This document shows positions 1 through 12,399 of a DNA stretch of 64,000 nucleotides, one piece after another (position 1 is the stretch's first letter; the number at the start of each line of letters is the position of its first letter). Source of the stretch: Octopus bimaculoides. Lineage: Eukaryota. The position numbers and the translations under genes are program-made. The notes under the pieces are model-generated. The model did not search any database. It worked only from the letters and a program-made list of their open reading frames with translations, and was not told the origin of the DNA. The stretch lies in the NCBI RefSeq assembly GCF_001194135.2, contig NC_068987.1, positions 72,456,466 to 72,520,465 of the forward strand. Direction: 5' to 3'.

Positions 1-372
1 ATGTTCTTGCTCAGCGTGCTGGTACAGAACTGATGAGTTCTTCCCTTCCTTAAGTTCCCTCCAATGTTCGTTTGCCCGCTCCCCTATACTCCTTGCTGTT
101 TCGCCTACATATGTCGTTGTCTTATTTCTGCATCGTCCCTCTGTACATCTTATACTATAGACCACATTTCTGGTTTTGCAGTTCGTTTGTGGGCTAAATC
201 TACATACGATACAGTTCCTATCAGTGCAGGGGGTTCTACTGAAAGGGTATGTTCTACTGATAAGGGATTTGATAGGGTTGCCTGGCCTTTCAACAACCTT
301 AATTCTTCGCTTAAGTTTGTCTAGGGCCCTTCTAAAGCGGTACGCCAGTTCATTTTATATCTGTACATTTTG
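1..372 (-). mobile_element. Penelope-like element fragment: linker plus GIY-YIG endonuclease
   Basis: Minus-strand frame reads ELAYRFRRALDKLKRRIKVVERPGNPIKSLISRTYPFSRTPCTDRNCIVC...CKTRNVVYSIRC...YVGETARSIGERANEH...VLYQHAEQEH, which shows the VY / YVGET / R / EH GIY-YIG pattern. Confidence 0.85.
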
Positions 373-1086
373 AGTTTAAAATTCACTGACATGGGCGTTT
401 TTTTTTTTCTTGAATCAATCTCAGTTTAATTTTGTTACATTTTGGAAGAGTCATATCTATCAAAGCCTATAGGACAGGCATGAGCAACCTTTTTCAAGAA
501 GAGGGCCTCATAAGTCATGGCTCAACATCAGGTGGGCTGCACTACTAAAAAAAATTGAAGGTTGTCTTTTGTTAAGCATGTCATTCATAAAATCTCAGGG
601 ACTAAAGTTTGCCCAAGAATGACATAGAACATGCAGACCAGTAGATATTTGCCTAAATTATTTCAGCTTTATATTTCACTGAGGTTGACTTTACCTTTCG
701 TCCTTTCAGGGTCGATAAATTAAGTACCAGTTGAGTACTGGGGTCGATATAATTGACCCAAAATTCAGGCCTATAATAGAAAGGATTATTTCACCTTTAT
801 TCAAGAAATTTTTCACCACACTATTGGTGGTATTTTCAATGGGTATACATTTGAATAGCTAGAGCAATGAAAATGCCACAGAGATGGCATAATAAAAAAC
901 TTTGGGGAAAAGAGAAAAAAAATATTAAAAAATCGTCATACGCATGGTGAACAGCAAGATCGAAAAGGATGACTTGCATATTTGTTCTTAAATGTTAGGG
1001 CAGATTTAAACATGAATGCATTAATCACTTTTATTACATCATAGGGGAATGACTACTTTACAACGAATGAGTGTCCATAACATACT

Positions 1087-1214
1087 CAGAGATAATATTT
1101 ATCCCCACTTAAACTTGGATATTCTGTCAGAGCAAACTATACTGCAGTTTCTACTACAGTATAGCTTGATCTAACAGAACATCCACATATAAGTGGGGAT
1201 AAATATTACCTCTG
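1087..1214. repeat. long imperfect palindrome (MITE-like hairpin)
   Basis: cagagataatatttatccccactta..tggatattctgtcagagcaaactatactg [12-nt loop] cagtatagcttgatctaacagaacatcca..taagtggggataaatattacctctg. Confidence 0.85.
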
Positions 1215-1805
1215 TATTAATACTGCCTCTATCACCAGTATATATTTTATAACATGTTCAATTCATTAGCATAAGGGACTCTGGGACAACCAGGGTTTTG
1301 ACATCATTATATTTTATCAGCCAAAGACACCCTGGACTAGACAGCAATTGGTGAGTGTGTTTATTTATAGGTTTTAATAATATGATGTTTCCAAAAATAC
1401 TCACTTTCAGATCAAAGTTCTTTCAAAACAAATTTTTAAAATGTCAGGTTAACCTCTGATTATAAACTTGGCCTACTNNNNNNNNNNNNNNNNNNNNNNN
1501 NNNNNNNNNNNNNNNNNNNNNNNNNNNNNNNNNNNNNNNNNNNNNNNNNNNNNNNNNNNNNNNNNNNNNNNNNNNNNNNNNNNNNNNNNNNNNNNNNNNN
1601 NNNNNNNNNNNNNNNNNNNNNNNNNNNNNNNNNNNNNNNNNNNNNNNNNNNNNNNNNNNNNNNNNNNNNNNNNNNNNNNNNNNNNNNNNNNNNNNNNNNN
1701 NNNNNNNNNNNNNNNNNNNNNNNNNNNNNNNNNNNNNNNNNNNNNNNNNNNNNNNNNNNNNNNNNNNNNNNNNNNNNNNNNNNNNNNNNNNNNNNNNNNN
1801 NNNNN

Positions 1806-1846
<41 letters not shown>

Positions 1847-2093
1847 CAAAGACTAAAATTCATGGCTCTATCTTAAATTGGTTTTTGATTTAATGTATTC
1901 ATTCTCTGCAACCAACCTACTTGTATGAAAAGTTTGCTTTTTTACGATAAACCCTCTACAGGTATACATTTGATAGTCGATATTTACAGAAGCACTTACT
2001 GAGGATAGTTTAGATTTTAATCCCACTTATCTGATCATGTATGTATGTATGCATGCATGTATGTAACGTAATGTATGTAATGTATGTATGTAT

Positions 2094-2140
<47 letters not shown>

Positions 2141-2384
2141 AAAAAAACCTTGTGCATAAATAAGAAAATTCACAATTGAAATAATGAAGTCTTGCATAGC
2201 AACCCTTGACATCTTCACAACTATGTGTATTAAGTTTTAAATCAATGACTAGTACATATATAACAGGATAATTCATGTTCATTCTAGATAACAGATTTTT
2301 ATGCTTTAATGACAATAAAACGCCTGTTTTACTAGTGGTAACAATATATAGTCTTATAATGTCTGAGACAAATTAATGATAGAT

Positions 2385-2720
2385 TGTAGCCAGGGTGCAT
2401 AGCTCAGAAATCAAGGAGTTTCTCCCAGGTTAAGCTGCTACTTTTCCACTCTAAGAGGTCACAGCTCTCGTACTACAGGTATGCGATTAAAATGTCACAG
2501 GGAAAAAATCACAAGATGGATCTTTCAAGCCAAGCCAAGCAGCAGGAGATCTAGAGGGGAACCAAGAACAAGACGGCTGTATAATATCCATAGTTTCAGT
2601 TGGCTGTGCATGGGAATCCAGCCAGAAAATCTAATAACAATTGCATAGGCTCCTATGGAGGAGATGTCTCAGGACTCTACCCCCACGACATTCCCATGAA
2701 TAGTGGGCAGAGAAGATGGA
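2385..2720 (+). mobile_element. RTE-clade LINE 3' remnant
   Basis: Decayed frame resembling ERSQLRWYGHVxRM...RGRPRTRWLD; homologous to 48380-48750. Confidence 0.55.
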
Positions 2721-3646
2721 TGGATGGCTAAGCTGGAACAACATGAAATGAACTGTGTTGCTGAATGACACAATTCACATCTGAGTCCAAGAATCAATCT
2801 CTCAAGCTTATGATCATCAGTCCAACACCCTAACCACTATGCATTCACTATATTCAGTATTATGACTAAAAATACAACTGATATCATTATCCTCATTTAA
2901 CATCCACTTTTCTATGCTTATATGGGTCAGATGGAATTTGTTCAGGCAGATTTACTACAGCCAGATGCCTTTTTTGTTGTCAACCCTTACCTGTTTCCAA
3001 GCAAGGTAATATTTCCCCATGGGCAGACATGTTTTTTCATGGAAGACTGGAAATGAACATCAGTTGTATGAGTGTGATGCTCATTAACAACTATCACATG
3101 GTATCAGGACAAAGGTAAACACAAACACACATACACACACACATACACACATACATACAATGGGTTTCTACCAGTTTCTGTCTACCACATTCACTCACAA
3201 GATTTTGGTTAGTTCAAGGCTATAGTACAAGACACCTGCCCAAGGTGCCACACAGTTGGACTGAATTCTTAAGGAGACCACAGGGCTGGGAAACAAGCTT
3301 CTTAATCACACATCCACACTGATGATGTATAAATGTTTCTGTAATATATATATATATCATCATCATCATTTAACATCTCCCTTCCATGACATGGGTTGGA
3401 CAGTTTAACAGGAGCTGGCCAAGCACCAGACCTGCACCAAACTTCTGTGTCTGTTTTTGGCAGGGTTTTTACAGCTGGATGTCCTTCCTAACACCAACCA
3501 CCCAGCAGAGTGGACTTAGTGCTTTTTATGTGGCACAAGCACAGGTGAGGTCAGTCTGGCATGGTTTTTACAGTTGGATGTTCTTCCAAACACCAACCAC
3601 TTTACAATGTGGACTGGATGCTTTTTTAAGTATGTATATTTGTCCA

Positions 3647-3805
3647 GTCATAGAGTGACCAATGATTTTGCATCCATAAAGCATTAAGCTTCATGGATAG
3701 CTCAATAGACTCAATGTCAGATGGCATATGTCTGACATTGAGTCTGACGAGCCATTCATGAAACCTAACGTTTTATGGATATGAAACCATTGGTCACTCT
3801 ATGAC
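3647..3805. repeat. long imperfect palindrome (MITE-like hairpin)
   Basis: gtcatagagtgaccaatg...agactcaatgtcaga [tggcatatg] tctgacattgagtct...cattggtcactctatgac. Confidence 0.88.
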
Positions 3806-3887
3806 CGAACATATATTTAACTGCATGTAAATATATTACTATTTATTCATTAGAATGTGCTTCTTTTTCGGATATATGATCCACTAA

Positions 3888-3932
<45 letters not shown>

Positions 3933-4482
3933 TATATATACATATATATATACACACACACACATACATANNNNNNNNNNNNNNNNNNNNNNNNNNNNNN
4001 NNNNNNNNNNNNNNNNNNNNNNNNNNNNNNNNNNNNNNNNNNNNNNNNNNNNNNNNNNNNNNNNNNNNNNNNNNNNNNNNNNNNNNNNNNNNNNNNNNNN
4101 NNNNNNNNNNNNNNNNNNNNNNNNNNNNNNNNNNNNNNNNNNNNNNNNNNNNNNNNNNNNNNNNNNNNNNNNNNNNNNNNNNNNNNNNNNNNNNNNNNNN
4201 NNNNNNNNNNNNNNNNNNNNNNNNNNNNNNNNNNNNNNNNNNNNNNNNNNNNNNNNNNNNNNNNNNNNNNNNNNNNNNNNNNNNNNNNNNNNNNNNNNNN
4301 NNNNNNNNNNNNNNNNNNNNNNNNNNNNNNNNNNNNNNNNNNNNNNNNNNNNNNNNNNNNNNNNNNNNNNNNNNNNNNNNNNNNNNNNNNNNNNNNNNNN
4401 NNNNNNNNNNNNNNNNNNNNNNNNNNNNNNNNNNNNNNNNNNNNNNNNNNNNNNNNNNNNNNNNNNNNNNNNNNNNNNNNNN

Positions 4483-4517
<35 letters not shown>

Positions 4518-5565
4518 ATAAATGTTTGTGCATGTGAATATCTAGTAGTTTAGTTCATATATTAAACCATCTCTAGTATTTGCCTAGTTCATATTTTATT
4601 AACTCTAGATAGTGCAATGGTAAAGTTGATTCCAATGAGATTCAAAGTTGAAAACATGTTCTGAATCATTTTTACCACCTAAGTCCCATAACCCAGTATT
4701 CTCATTGTTAAATGTCCTTGAAGGTATATAGAGCAATTACTTGCGGGAGAAAAAAAATGAAAAACAAAGAAAACAATAAGAATTCAACAGAGCATATAAA
4801 AGAAAAGAATAAGAAATAAAGTACTTGTTATAATAACAACATGTAACGTCTCATATGTATACAATATATATATATTCTATAGTACAAGTTACACTTTCAT
4901 AATTCAAGGCATTAACCTATAACAATTGTAATTCTGAATTTTATGAAATTTAAATAAACTGTTTTTTGTGTGTCTGTGTGTGCGTGTGTTTCATCACCAT
5001 CAATTTAACATCGACTTTCTCATGTTTGCATGGATCAGATCAGTTGCCCTTCTTATCGTCAACCCTCACATCTTTCCAATTAAGGGGGACATGTCTACTA
5101 GTCTCTTGAATATGAACAGCACAATCGCTGAATATATATTCATAGAAGATTGCAAACAAATGATGCTACTTGTATACGACAACTTCTGTTGAAAACTTTC
5201 ATGCAATATTGAGACAAGAAGACACACATACATCCTTCCCCCCATATTCAACCCCCTCCACACACATACATATATATATATACATGATGGGTTTCTTTCA
5301 GTTTCTATCTACCATATCCCACTTACAAGGCTTTGATCAGCCCAGAGCTATAGTAGAAAACACTTGATGCACAGTGGGACTGAACCCAAAATCATATGGA
5401 CAGGAAATAAAACTTAAGCACACAGACCCCCTACACACACACACACACACACTTATCATGGATTTGCCTACTGGGTAGTGTTCTACCTACCCTGATGAAA
5501 ACTGTAAATATCAATTATTAAATATAAGAAATAAATAATTTCCAATTCGTTATAAAAATACTAAT

Positions 5566-5791
5566 TTAACCTTCTAGCATTCAAATTATCAAATATGATG
5601 CTTATTTATCCACATTGTTTTGAATTAATCATGCAATATCTTGTAGCTTCGAAATTTCGATAATGCGATTGTTTATATTTTTTTAATTGACATTGTAGGA
5701 TAGGTGTGAGAAGCAAAATCTAGCCAATTTGAACATAAAACAGATAGAATATTTGGGCTGGATATGGCCAGTTTCATACTAAAAGGGTTAA
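5566..5791. mobile_element. piggyBac-type MITE copy
   Basis: ttaaccttctagcattc...aaaagggttaa; internal sequence collinear with 31168-31353. Confidence 0.8.
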
Positions 5792-6045
5792 TACATTGAA
5801 ATTAGTGTATAATTCAGTAACTGACTACTATTTTCATATGTAAACACTATTTTGGTATGCAAGTACAATATCTGTTGCCTTTCAAGTTCAGTTCTAGAAT
5901 ATATGAACTCTGGTAGTCATTAAAACAAAATGAAGTTTACCTCTGTTCCTTGCCATTATTGAGTGAGAATTGTGTGCATCTGTATTGTATTGTTTGTTTG
6001 CTTGTATCTGTGTTTGCTTCTCTTAACTGAACTACATGTATGTAT

Positions 6046-6110
6046 GTATAGATAGATAGATAGATAGATAGATAGATTTATTGATTGATTGATTGATATA
6101 GATAGATAGG
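6046..6110. repeat. (TAGA)n/(TTGA)n microsatellite
   Basis: Directly visible. Confidence 0.9.
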
Positions 6111-6253
6111 CACAGGCATAGCTGTGTGGTAAGAAGCTTGCTTCCCAACCACATGATTCCAGATTCAGTCCCACTTCATGGCGCCTCAGGAAAATGTTTT
6201 CTATAAGCCTTGGGCTGAGTGGATTTGTTAGATTGAAACTTAAAGAAGCCTGT

Positions 6254-6287
<34 letters not shown>

Positions 6288-6694
6288 NNNNNNNNNNNNN
6301 NNNNNNNNNNNNNNNNNNNNNNNNNNGGGGGGGGGGTGCATATGTTTCTTATGAATTCCAAAACTGAGTTGCCGATTTTGACGTATGGGGTATCAAAAGA
6401 TTCAGTAAGCTTTGTCCTCCCACCATTGCTTGACAGCCGATGTGGATTTTGTATACAGAAACTGAAAGAAGCCCATCATGTATATATGTATGTGTGTTTT
6501 TGTGTGTATGTTTGTGTCTGTGTTTGACAACCATTACTGTTTGACAACCAATGTTGGTGTGTTTATGTCCCTGTGACCTAACGGTTTGGTAAAAGTGACT
6601 ATTAGAATAAGTACAAGGCTAAAAAAAAAAAATTAAAAAGTAAGACCTGGCAGTGCTCCAGCATGGCTGCAGTCAAATGACTGAAACGATGAAA

Positions 6695-6734
<40 letters not shown>

Positions 6735-7084
6735 CATTTAATATCCACATATGATTTTGTGTGTGTAGATACGACCATATAAAAATGTTCTAGTGAGTTA
6801 TTAACCAAGTCCAAATGTAAAAGGCTTTCTTTGTCTATTCTGGCAACCTCTGTCATGAAATGAGCTCCCTTATTTTGTCAATCAATGCTGAAGGCTACTT
6901 TTATACACAGTGAATTAACAACAAAAAAACATCTAGATATTGAAGCAGCAGTGACAATACATGACAATGTATGGGCTGAACATTAACATGTTAGAAGTGG
7001 CAATAATAATTGTAAAAATATATAACATTTATCTACCTATATAATGATTTGTATCTTTTGTATGACATGTCTATTTTTGGCTGT

Positions 7085-7295
7085 TTAACCTTTAGCATTC
7101 AGATTACTATGTCAAATATAATGCTTATTTATTTAAATGTTTTTAAACTAATCATGTGTAATTTTGTATCTTTGAAATTTCAAAGATTTTTTTTTTTAAT
7201 TTTGGAATCACACTGCAGGATAGGTGTCAGAGGCTGGATCTGCCCAGGTAGAATATTTGGGCTGGATATGGCCAGTTTAAATATGAAAGGGTTAA
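7085..7295. mobile_element. piggyBac-type MITE copy
   Basis: ttaacctttagcattc...gaaagggttaa. Confidence 0.8.
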
Positions 7296-8175
7296 TAGAA
7301 TGCAGATATCTGCTACATTATATGCACGATGCATTCCTGAAAATTATGTTATAGGATGAAAGCTATTTTCTGTTAACTTCCACATGATATGGAAAATAAA
7401 ATTTGTGTTAAAGAATTCTACATTACAAGATTTTTCAAGAATGCAATTCTTCTGTAATGCAGGGAATGTCTGTAGTTTACTTTTACATCACGGTAGAAGT
7501 AAAGTATTCATCATAATCACTGTTTTAACATCCACTTTCTCATGCTTGCATGGATCAGACGGAATTTGTTGAGGTGGATTTTCTACAACCAGATACTCTT
7601 CTTATTACCAACCTTACATGTTTCCAATTAAGATAATATACCTCCATGACCAGACATGTTTTCACAGAATATTGGAAATATAGGGCAATGCTTGCATGAT
7701 GGTGACACTTGTTTACAGCTACCCTGCAATGTCAAGGCAAGGAAATAGTAACAGATACACACACACCCACACATATATACAATGGACTTCTTCCAACTAC
7801 CATCTACCAAATCCACTCACAAGAATTTGGTCAGCTTGTGGCCATAATAGAAAACACTTGGTCAAGGTGCCGCACAGTGGGACTGAACCCAAAACCATGT
7901 GGTGGGGAAGCAAACTTTTCACTACACAGCCATACCCATACATTCTGCATTGTGTTTATGGAAAGCAATATTTACTCCCATCATCTGAATTAATCTTCAA
8001 TTCAAAACATAACACGAAGGTTCAAACCTAATAAATTATTCTATTGCATATAATGCTTATATTTTTCATCATCATCTAAGACACACTTTGATATCCTTTT
8101 GTTTCATCAGTACAGTACATGAACAATTACAGAATTTAAAACAGTTTTCCTCAGAATTACACATGCATGCGCATG

Positions 8176-8206
<31 letters not shown>

Positions 8207-9758
8207 GAAATAAAAGAGGAATGCAAGATGATATGCTGCACAAAACAAATGAAGCATTTTATTGACAAGAAAATGCTAGACTGCATTCTGAATCAGGAAT
8301 TCAAAGTACAAAGATGTTTGTCCCTAATTCTCACAATAACCAGACTTCAGCTGTTAATTAGAGATGGGACCTGATAACATAGTAAACTAATTCAACTGCA
8401 CAACAGATGTTGGTTTCATCCATATCAAGCAAAACCACATTAGTTTGACTGAATTCTTAGCGAAAAATATTTAGACTTTACTGAACATGTCCAGCTTAGC
8501 AGACATTCCTGATCACTTCTTTATTCCTGTACATCAATTTATTCCTTTACAACAATTTATTCCTTTATTCCTATAGCATCAATTTTCCAGGAGCTTTTTT
8601 CCCAAAGCCTTTCCAGATGGCTGTGTTTTCCAAACCAGGGGTGGTCACCTCTAAATCAAACAAATATTAAATTTTCTTAAATAATTAAATAAAATGCAGG
8701 TACCTGTACTGTGCAAGATACTGTAAAACAGGGCTATTCAGTAAACTAGTCTGGCAGCTGCATGAATTTGAAGTTCCTGCTCATAAGTTAGTACAGATTA
8801 TTAGAAGTTTTGAATCATCAGTGTTCAGAAAGGTGATGCTGTACCTGTACATAGGTTTATACATAACTCTGAAGAACATAACTTACTTAAATGCACTGTT
8901 TATGAACTGTACTGATGAGCTTCTAAGGATATTGAAACCTGCATCAGCAGATGATTGGAGAAAACAAAACAAAGAAAAACAATAAAATAATAAAGTTTAA
9001 CTAGATTTGAACTTTCACACTGTATTTCACATGTGTTGGAAGAAAACAACCTTTTTCTTTTTAATGCAACACAGAATATTCAGCTTTAAGTGGTTTCAAA
9101 ACTTCTTTACATGAGACAATAAATAATTGCTCCTAACCTCAAACCCAAAATAAAAATAAACTAATTGTTTTTGGAACACTGGATCTCAAAGCACATCACA
9201 TAAAGCTATAAATAATAGCATTGAAATATTAGGTCAAAAAATACTTTTGGATAGGAAAGGTCAAAGGCTGCCCCAGGAGACATGGGTTTGTATCCCACAA
9301 GTAGCCTTCAGCTTTTTCTGTGCAAAAGGGTTTTTCAACCAAAATTTTTAATGCTATTATCTATAGCTTTATGTAAGGCTGTGAGCTGGAAGAATTGTTA
9401 GCATGCCAGGCAAAATGCCTAGAGGCATTTTATCCATTTTTATGTTTTCAGTTCAAATTCCACTGAGGTTGACTTTACTTTTCATCTTTTCGGGGTCAAT
9501 AAATTAAGCACCAGTTGAGCACTGGGGTCGATACAATCAACTAGTCCCCTCCCCAAAAATTTCAACCCTTGTGCTTACAGTAGAAAGGATTGTGTTTTGA
9601 GATCAAAATGTTCCAAAACAGAATTATTTCATGCTCTCTCGAAAGTTTATGAATTCTTATGATGTCAACAAAAGTAAACTATTCTCTTGAAACAGTAGAA
9701 AGGAAGCTAAGCTAAACCATGTAAAAGATACAAAACACTATATTAAACACAAAATCTA

Positions 9759-9885
9759 CAGGGTGTCCACAAAGCCTGGGTGCATGAGAATTAATACATA
9801 CTTTAAGAAATTATTATTTCTTATATTTAATTGTTTATACTATGATTTTATTTACTCCATGTACCCAGACTTTGTGGACACCCTG
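9759..9885. mobile_element. Tc1/mariner-type MITE
   Basis: About 28-bp TIRs cagggtgtccacaaagcctgggtgcatg / catgtacccagactttgtggacaccctg, flanked by TA on both sides. Confidence 0.88.
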
Positions 9886-10625
9886 TAGATCTTATTTCAT
9901 TCTGGATCAGGAATTTAAAGCACAAACATTGTTCATCCCCATGTCTTACTATGAACAGGTTTTAACTGATGGAACCTGGCTACCATGTATACTTCTAGTA
10001 TGCAACAGATGTTGGCTTCGCTCATGCTAAGCACTCATCAGCATGAGTGAATTTCCCTGGTGAAAAAACATTTACGTGTATCTACCTAGTTTATATATAT
10101 ATATAATGTTTGTTTACATGCCTATTAAGGTACAATTCATCTTTTATTCATTCACATACACATTTTTTTGCTTGTTTTGTTGTTTTTTCATTTGTCAAAA
10201 TATTTTTACATATTTTCCATGGTGATAAAAGACCTTAAATGGGACTGTACTTTAATATTACTCGGTGCCTGCTCTGAGTATTTATTAACCGCAAGTGCCC
10301 AATATGTATGTGAGTATGCAGGTATGAATGGTTAAGAAATTCCCATCGAAACCATTAAGTCTCGAGTTCGTTCCCGTTACGTGGCATCTTGGGCAAATAC
10401 ATTTACCATAGCCTCAGATTGACCCAAGATTTGTGAATCAACTTGGATAGATGACCATTGCGTAGAAGCCTGTTTGGACTGTACCCAGAATTTAAAAGGT
10501 ACAGCTTGTGTCACGCTTGTATCAAGCTGATTTTAGTTGAGTAATTATGTTAAGGGTACGCATATCTGTGGAATATTCAACCACTTCGCAAGATAACTCA
10601 AAGGATAGGTTGTCCTGTTGTTAAT

Positions 10626-10664
<39 letters not shown>

Positions 10665-11602
10665 NNNNNNNNNNNNNNNNNNNNNNNNNNNNNNNNNNNN
10701 NNNNNNNNNNNNNNNNNNNNNNNNNNNNNNNNNNNNNNNNNNNNNNNNNNNNNNNNNNNNNNNNNNNNNNNNNNNNNNNNNNNNNNNNNNNNNNNNNNNN
10801 NNNNNNNNNNNNNNNNNNNNNNNNNNNNNNNNNNNNNNNNNNNNNNNNNNNNNNNNNNNNNNNNNNNNNNNNNNNNNNNNNNNNNNNNNNNNNNNNNNNN
10901 NNNNNNNNNNNNNNNNNNNNNNNNNNNNNNNNNNNNNNNNNNNNNNNNNNNNNNNNNNNNNNNNNNNNNNNNNNNNNNNNNNNNNNNNNNNNNNNNNNNN
11001 NNNNNNNNNNNNNNNNNNNNNNNNNNNNNNNNNNNNNNNNNNNNNNNNNNNNNNNNNNNNNNNNNNNNNNNNNNNNNNNNNNNNNNNNNNNNNNNNNNNN
11101 NNNNNNNNNNNNNNNNNNNNNNNNNNNNNNNNNNNNNNNNNNNNNNNNNNNNNNNNNNNNNNNNNNNNNNNNNNNNNNNNNNNNNNNNNNNNNNNNNNNN
11201 NNNNNNNNNNNNNNNNNNNNNNNNNNNNNNNNNNNNNNNNNNNNNNNNNNNNNNNNNNNNNNNNNNNNNNNNNNNNNNNNNNNNNNNNNNNNNNNNNNNN
11301 NNNNNNNNNNNNNNNNNNNNNNNATATATATATATATATATATATACACATATGCGCACATACATATATACATGCACACACACACATATTCATAAATATT
11401 GATCTACTTCACACAAACTCACACAGAATCTGAAGACTGTCGACTTGTTCACAAATTATATAATATAATAGCAACATGTTTTTTAATGAATATGAAGATA
11501 TAAAACATGATCATGTTTCTCGTATAATACTATGTTCCGCAGAATTCAGCAACGAATGAGGATTTCTTTCTCATTCTTAGGTGAAGAATGAACCAGAATA
11601 GA

Positions 11603-11633
<31 letters not shown>

Positions 11634-11953
11634 TAGTTATACTTTTTAAAAAACACTGCTGAAAAGACAGGGTGATCGATCTTGTGTTTATCGTTCGCTA
11701 GATAGAGACAAGGTATGACCAACGAAGTGCACCTAATCACATTTGATTACATATGCAGTATTGATTTTTAACAAACTTGGCAAACTTTTGGGCGGGGGCA
11801 ATAGTTTTAATCTGACTTCGTGTAAGACCAACAAACCAAAAATATTGAGTGAAGTGAATGAAAATATCAATAATTGACTAAAACAAATGTAAAAATTCTA
11901 AAATATTCTACATGCCGACATATACATTTTAGTGCCTTTTAAGTAAAACTTAC

Positions 11954-12362
11954 CTGTGAAATGAAGTGGAATAGGAAGGTCTGAACCGGTCACTACGTAA
12001 TCCTGGACTCTCCTTTCCCATTGCATCTTGCTAGCAGTTACAAATCTTCTTCGACGAATCTCCAAGATTTGTATAGGAGCACTGACAGTATCAGAAGAGT
12101 TAGATCGAATAGCTGGCATAAGCAATGATTCCGATGAACGTCGGCAGTTTCCTGAAACAAGTCTCACCCAGAAAGGTAGTTTCTGTTTGGCTAGGTGTTC
12201 CTTCATTGACATTGGTTTGTTAGAACCATTATGTCGCGTTAGTCGACTAGAATTCGGTTTTGGTGACGGTGATGGTAACTGAGACGGTTTAGAAAGGGGG
12301 CTGTTACACTTAGAAGCTATCGCAGGACTTGACAACAAACAATCTGTTGCTCTGACAGCCAT
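11954..12362 (-). CDS. first coding exon of an unidentified gene (136 codons + G; Ser/Pro-rich N-terminus then a basic helix)
   Basis: Non-repetitive 154-codon ORF, aagATGG start context, and a perfect donor CAG|GTAAGT (+ strand acttac at 11948-11953); higher GC/CpG than the flanks. Downstream exons could not be located. Confidence 0.65.
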
Positions 12363-12399
12363 CTTCTTAAAACTTTTTTTACTCTTTCGAGTTTTATAA

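Noticed and set aside
8560-8660. Candidate minus-strand exon 2 behind a ttgatttag acceptor, and a similar candidate at 9890-10060
   Set aside because: All frames, including the required phase 1, hit stops before any donor.
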